A DNA stretch of 51,909 nucleotides, the filler included, from Aduncisulcus paluster (Eukaryota): NCBI GenBank assembly GCA_024181965.1. It is 3 parts of 3 records of this genome, joined end to end, with 100 filler letters (N's around TTAATTAATTAA, not from the genome) between each part and the next. Parts side by side here need not be neighbours in the genome. Positions count along the whole stretch, not along the records: positions 44,886 to 51,909 come from BQXS01013966.1; 2 more parts are not named here. One strand, 5' to 3'. The position numbers and the translations under genes were made by a program. Position 1 is the stretch's first letter. Every line of letters begins with the position of its first letter. Below, one piece after another: positions 47,072 to 51,909 of the stretch. Under the pieces are notes generated by a model. That model worked only from the letters and a program-made list of their open reading frames with translations. It was not told where the DNA came from and made no database searches.

Positions 47072-48278
47072 TTATTTTTTCCGCATGGCTTCGACAGTTG
47101 ACACAAACAATTCGTGGCGCATTCGTTCACATATTCCGCTACACTGTTCGGAACCAATTCGTAACGCATGTTGTAGATATTGACGTGGAAAACCGTGTTC
47201 AATTCGCATTGATGATATTTCACCCCGTTCATAACCTTGTTGGGAAGATATTACAATAATGTTTGGAATCGTTTTTTTCTCTTCATCTCGCGCCAAATCA
47301 ACTGCAATATGAACTTTTTTGGCATCAATACTGTGCTTATCTGTAATAAGAATTCCTGTATCTTGCTCTTCATCCTTTTTAGTTGTTTTTTTCTCGAGTT
47401 CTTCTTGTTCCTCGGCTAGTTTCTTATCAACTTCAATTGCACCAATTGATACAGCGGAATAAATTGCTTTCAATGGAATTCCACATCCACACATGGCACA
47501 AACACAACCATTGAAACATGCAGGAAGAGAAGGAAAAAGAAGCTGTTCCAATTTTTTCNNNNNNNNNNNNNNNNNNNNCGTGTTCAATTCGCATTGATGA
47601 TATTTCACCCCGTTCATAACCTTGTTGGGAAGATATTACAATAATGTTTGGAATCGTTTTTTTCTCTTCATCTCGCGCCAAATCAACTGCAATATGAACT
47701 TTTTTGGCATCAATACTGTGCTTATCTGTAATAAGAATTCCTGTATCTTGCTCTTCATCCTTTTTAGTTGTTTTTTTCTCGAGTTCTTCTTGTTCCTCGG
47801 CTAGTTTCTTATCAACTTCAATTGCACCAATTGATACAGCGGAATAAATTGCTTTCAATGGAATTCCACATCCACACATGGCACAAACACAACCATTGAA
47901 ACATGCAGGAAGAACACTTCCGCCGCATTGGAGAACCTGAATATTAATTTCAATTCTTGATTTAAGCAATCTATCGCGTAATATAATGGATTCAAGGGCT
48001 GTTTGGAGGTATGTAGCATCAATTTGTGATTTCAATGAGTGAGATCTCCTCGAAATATCAGCAAATGGGCAAATATATAACGACAAACGAATTTCAAACT
48101 TTTCTGATGACAATACTTGGAATGGACCTTTAATATACACCTGGACAATAGTATCTCCATTTTGATACTTGCATATGCCATCTATAGATGTTGTAGAGGA
48201 GAATTCCATACTAATAGGTCTAATTTCATTCCAATCACGCCCATCTTTTCTCATTATAGATTCAAATGGCTCCAACAT
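47072..48278 (-). CDS. RRP41: Exosome RNase PH-like subunit RRP41/SKI6; 3' part duplicated (offset 385) around an N gap
   Basis: RKDGRDWNEIRP, GDTIVQVYIKGP, PFADISRR, KSRIEINIQVLQCGGS, GIPL. Confidence 0.8.
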
Positions 48279-48587
48279 GGGTGATTTTAAAATTTTCGAA
48301 ACGACCGAATGTGAAATGAACTATAAGGATATAACCTTTATGGCATATTATTCTTACGATTATTAGATGTTTCAAATATTATCTATATTGATTGGTTACA
48401 TGTCCACATCAAAATCAATTTTAATATAATGAATAGAAATAAAGTATATGTTATAAAAACAAAAAGAGATATTTAGTATTGAGTATAAGAATGGTACATA
48501 TGAGAATCGGCCATATTACTTTCTATTGCACCAGAAATCATCATTTGGCTTTTTTGATATCATTTTCCACCTCAAAATTGAAGAAAA

Positions 48588-51569
48588 ATGGATTTAATAC
48601 GTGTAATTGAGAATTTGAAGGACTATCGTTATGTTGATAAGATTCGTGAAGCTAATCTTCTTGCTTCCGTTGAAGATGATCCAAGAGAGCCTTATAAATC
48701 CAAATATAAGGCTAAGAAAATATTTGTATGTTGATTATTCTTTGCAAATAAGTAGTATTACCCTTGATATGTTTTCTAACGAACTTATTTCCCACTTTTA
48801 CTTTGACACTTTCTCCTCAACTCTTTTTAGATTGAAATTATGGCATTCATTGATAAATTATTGAGTGAAGTTGATGAAACTGATATTCATGCCATAGTAT
48901 CTTTAAAAGATTTGAGATCTTACTGTCAAGTGTTCATTGGTTTTCTGCTTTATCAAACAGATGAAATCACCCCTTCCCTTATTCAACTTGGACAAGCATT
49001 TAAACATTTAATGAATAGAATGGGAATGTCACTGAAGCATGATGAAATGTGGTTCCATACTCTTGGAGAAAATTTCATCATGGAAAACACCAAGGAAATT
49101 CCAATTGCCAAGCCTCAAGTTCGTGCCAGACTTGCTCCATCCGCTGTTCAATGTGCCAATCTTCTTGGAATGGCATGGGGAAATCTCTCTGAGCGAAAAT
49201 TATCCCGAACTTTTCTTCGGGCCGCTGAAAAAACATATCGGCGCTATAAAGCCGATTTGACCACTCACGGCGCTGGTTTGGAGTCCATTTCAATCCGTAA
49301 TACGGAACGTGAGCGTGGTGGTGGTCCCTCTTCCTCTCCCGTGACTGGATGTGGTGATGAACATGATTCCACCCAACCCCTCTCCCTTCTGCCTCCTCTT
49401 TCTCTCTCCGATATTGAAGAGACGTACACCCTGACCCTTTACTATCTTGGACAGGCCTTGGTTGCAAGTGGGTCAATGGAGGAGGGTTCGCAGTACATTT
49501 CACGCACCCTCTCCCGTCAACGCACAAGTTCCACCTTTGACCCGGTCGAGTGGTGTCGCAATGCTGTGAAGCTCTGTGAGTTCCATAATGAGCATCAGGA
49601 CTATACAAACACAATGAGAATGATAAAATCTGTGGAGAAAATCATGGATGAACATCCCGACGTGTTCGGATCGAAATCTCAGAGGAATAGCACGGAAGAA
49701 ATCAGCAAGGTGATGGCGAAACGTAAAGAGGAAGCCAAGAAGAGGGAGAAAGCAAGGAAACAGAGAGAGAAAGAGGGTGAAAAGGAAGGAACAGAGACAG
49801 ATACAGAAGAAGATCGTACTGCTGAACTCGAAGAAGAGCCAGAACCATTTCCTGATGATGATATTCTCCGTCTTATTGCTGATTTCTTCCTTGTTCAAGC
49901 CTATATGCGTCTCGACATAATTAATGGCTCATCTGAGACGATGAGGATTCATGAACAGCGTTTAGCCGAGAGCAAGGAAGAAGGTCACATGCCCCCCGCT
50001 GCACCTGGGATGTTCCTTGACAAGGATGACATTGTACTGTCTCTCTGTGGCAACATTGAGGATGGCTGGGAGGTCGAAGAGGAGAGAAGGGCCGAAATTG
50101 CTTTACTGCAAAAAGAAGAGAAGGAAAAGAAAGAAGAGAAGAAGAGGAAGAGAGAGGAGAGATTGAAGAGAAGGGAAGAAAGGAAGAAGAGGAGAGAAGA
50201 GAGAGAGAAGAGAAAAGAGAGAGAAGAACAACTCAAAAAACAGGGAGAAGAAGAGAAAGGAGAAGAAGAGAAAGGAGAAGAAGAGGTTGCTGTTCTTGAT
50301 GAAGAATCTGAGGAAGAGAAGACAGAAGAGGAATCTGAAGAGTCTGAGTCTGAGGATGATTCTGATATCCCTAATGCTGATAAAATTGAAAACATATTCG
50401 TGAAGCCTATTCAAACGGGTGATGATGGGGATCTTGATGGAGAGATCGAGGGTCTTCCTCTTGACGAGTGTGCTATCAGCTCATCATCATCTGCCGAAAA
50501 GACTCCCTCTGTATCTGAGTCGAGTACAGTGCATATCTCTGAAAAAACTACAATTCCTGACGAAATACCAGTCATGAGTCGAAAGAAAGCTTATTCTGAG
50601 TTTATGACAACCTTTAGATTATTCAAGAAAGCTTTGAAATATTATGAGCTTGAAGGATTCGTGACCACACACGTTGAAATTCTGCGTCATATCTCAATGT
50701 TATACCGAATTCTTACATATTTTGAGTCTGATTCGACCACGAAAGCTAAATTACATCGACGTAGAGTCACGTTGCTGAACCCTTTGCCGGGGTTGCTCTC
50801 TCCAAGCCATTATTTGCCCCAGATTAGAATGGTGGCAAACGAATTATATTTGGCCCAAGATTCTATTTTTGACATTAAGATTGATGATCTGCAAAAAATT
50901 AAGGACCAGATCGAAGTGGCCAAGTCAACCGGCATGTTTAGATCCATTGAATCCTCTGCAAGAGAGTTGGGACGTATGACCCTTCAAGCCAAACATGATG
51001 ATCTCCTGACTAAGGCTAAGAATGCCGGATTATTATCTTTGAAATATATGGAGATCTATGTTGCAACTTTCGATCGTCAAGCCGCTCTTGAGTTGGCTCG
51101 TGAGCTTCCAAGGCAAACTCCTGCCATGCCTGGAAGTATTGCCGATACTGGAAATGTTCTCAAGGGTCTCAGAGAATGCGTATTCTATGGTATAAGTTCG
51201 ATGGAAAAGAAATTCGTCAGAGCCGATGGAACGTTGCTGTTGCCACCTGGAAGGACCATCGCAGATATTTTATACGATGAAAAGGAGCCTTTGGATATAG
51301 AAATGTATTTGCAGGGTATATTTGCGATATCAAGATGTCACCTTAAAATGCCCTATGCCGGAACTGAACAACAGATAAAATCAATCGAATTAGCTTTATC
51401 ATATTTAATTATTTTGGATAAATTCAGGAAAAAACATCCAAATACACCCGTGTTTGGTGAACAACTGGATTTGGTACAACAAATGGTCATGTTGCTTCCC
51501 ACAAAGATAATGATGTTAAACCAAGCACTTCAAAAGGAGAAGGAGCTTGAAGGTCTTGGAAAATTCTGA
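48588..51569 (+). CDS. KIFBP: KIF-binding protein (KBP/KIFBP); exons 48588-48725 and 48831-51569
   Basis: Exon 1 has EDDPREPYKSKYKA. Also YTLTLYYLGQ, TLSRQ, FDPVEWCRNA, YYELEGFVTTHVEI, KLHRRRV, QMVMLLPTKI. Confidence 0.88.
48726..48830 (+). other. Spliceosomal intron, 105 nt, GTATGT...CTCTTTTTAG, phase 0
   Basis: Joins the exon carrying the KBP PYKSKY motif in frame to the main ORF. Confidence 0.92.
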
Positions 51570-51909
51570 TTTATACTGAATTCTGACATATATTTCATAA
51601 TTTCTAGAGAACTTCTCTATTAATAATCTTGAAGATTATCAAGTGAGGAGTCTTCAAGAAAATAATCATATATCATATGAACAAATTGGAATAAATTTAT
51701 CTGTTTTGATTTCTTTTTATATTTATTACCTTCGATTTTTTGATAGAATTATATTTTACTTCAGAGTTTGTTGCAAAATAAAATTGGATGAATTTCTCGT
51801 TACCTACATGAGATATTTTTCTTAAATGTCTCGACAATTACAAATTACCCCAACACATATTTTTCCTTGTGTCAAGATATCTCCATATATTGGAGTTGAT
51901 GGTCAGATG

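Noticed and set aside
1..51909. Genome-wide alternative genetic code, CRISPR arrays, transposases, tRNA/rRNA genes
   Set aside because: Conserved genes end at TAA, TAG and TGA at expected positions with no internal stops; no such arrays or elements were recognised.

Overview
AT-rich, gene-dense eukaryotic genomic DNA from a flagellated protist. The HRDVKPDN/ADLG kinase with a repeated N-terminal domain and the sparse GTATGT introns suggest a free-living fornicate (Carpediemonas-like organism such as Aduncisulcus); this is inference. The window is three contigs joined by N/TTAATTAATTAA/N linkers. It carries eight near-identical 290-407 bp tandem duplications that look like assembly artefacts. 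About 24 protein genes are present: RING E3s, a non-TALE homeobox, CCDC151, TMCO1, a HAT/TPR protein, PPT1, a PSTAIRE CDK, a Gly-rich collagen-like protein, an SDR, FERM-LRR, NME7, DRC9/IQCG, a DH-PH RhoGEF, a lineage-specific kinase, NOC4, IFT52, a lipase, RRP41 and KBP. Four 5'-proximal GTATGT...TAG introns missed by the ORF track restore conserved N-termini. The most interesting unexplained elements are: a U4/U4atac-like snRNA candidate with a kink-turn (46.87-47.02 kb); a structured RNA or microprotein gene apparently interrupted by an intron (40.55-40.80 kb); a gene-sized slot with a 150-codon frame interrupted only by TGA (8.93-9.60 kb); a doubly frameshifted collagen-like gene; and a recurrent TGTACTATA motif in 3' flanks.
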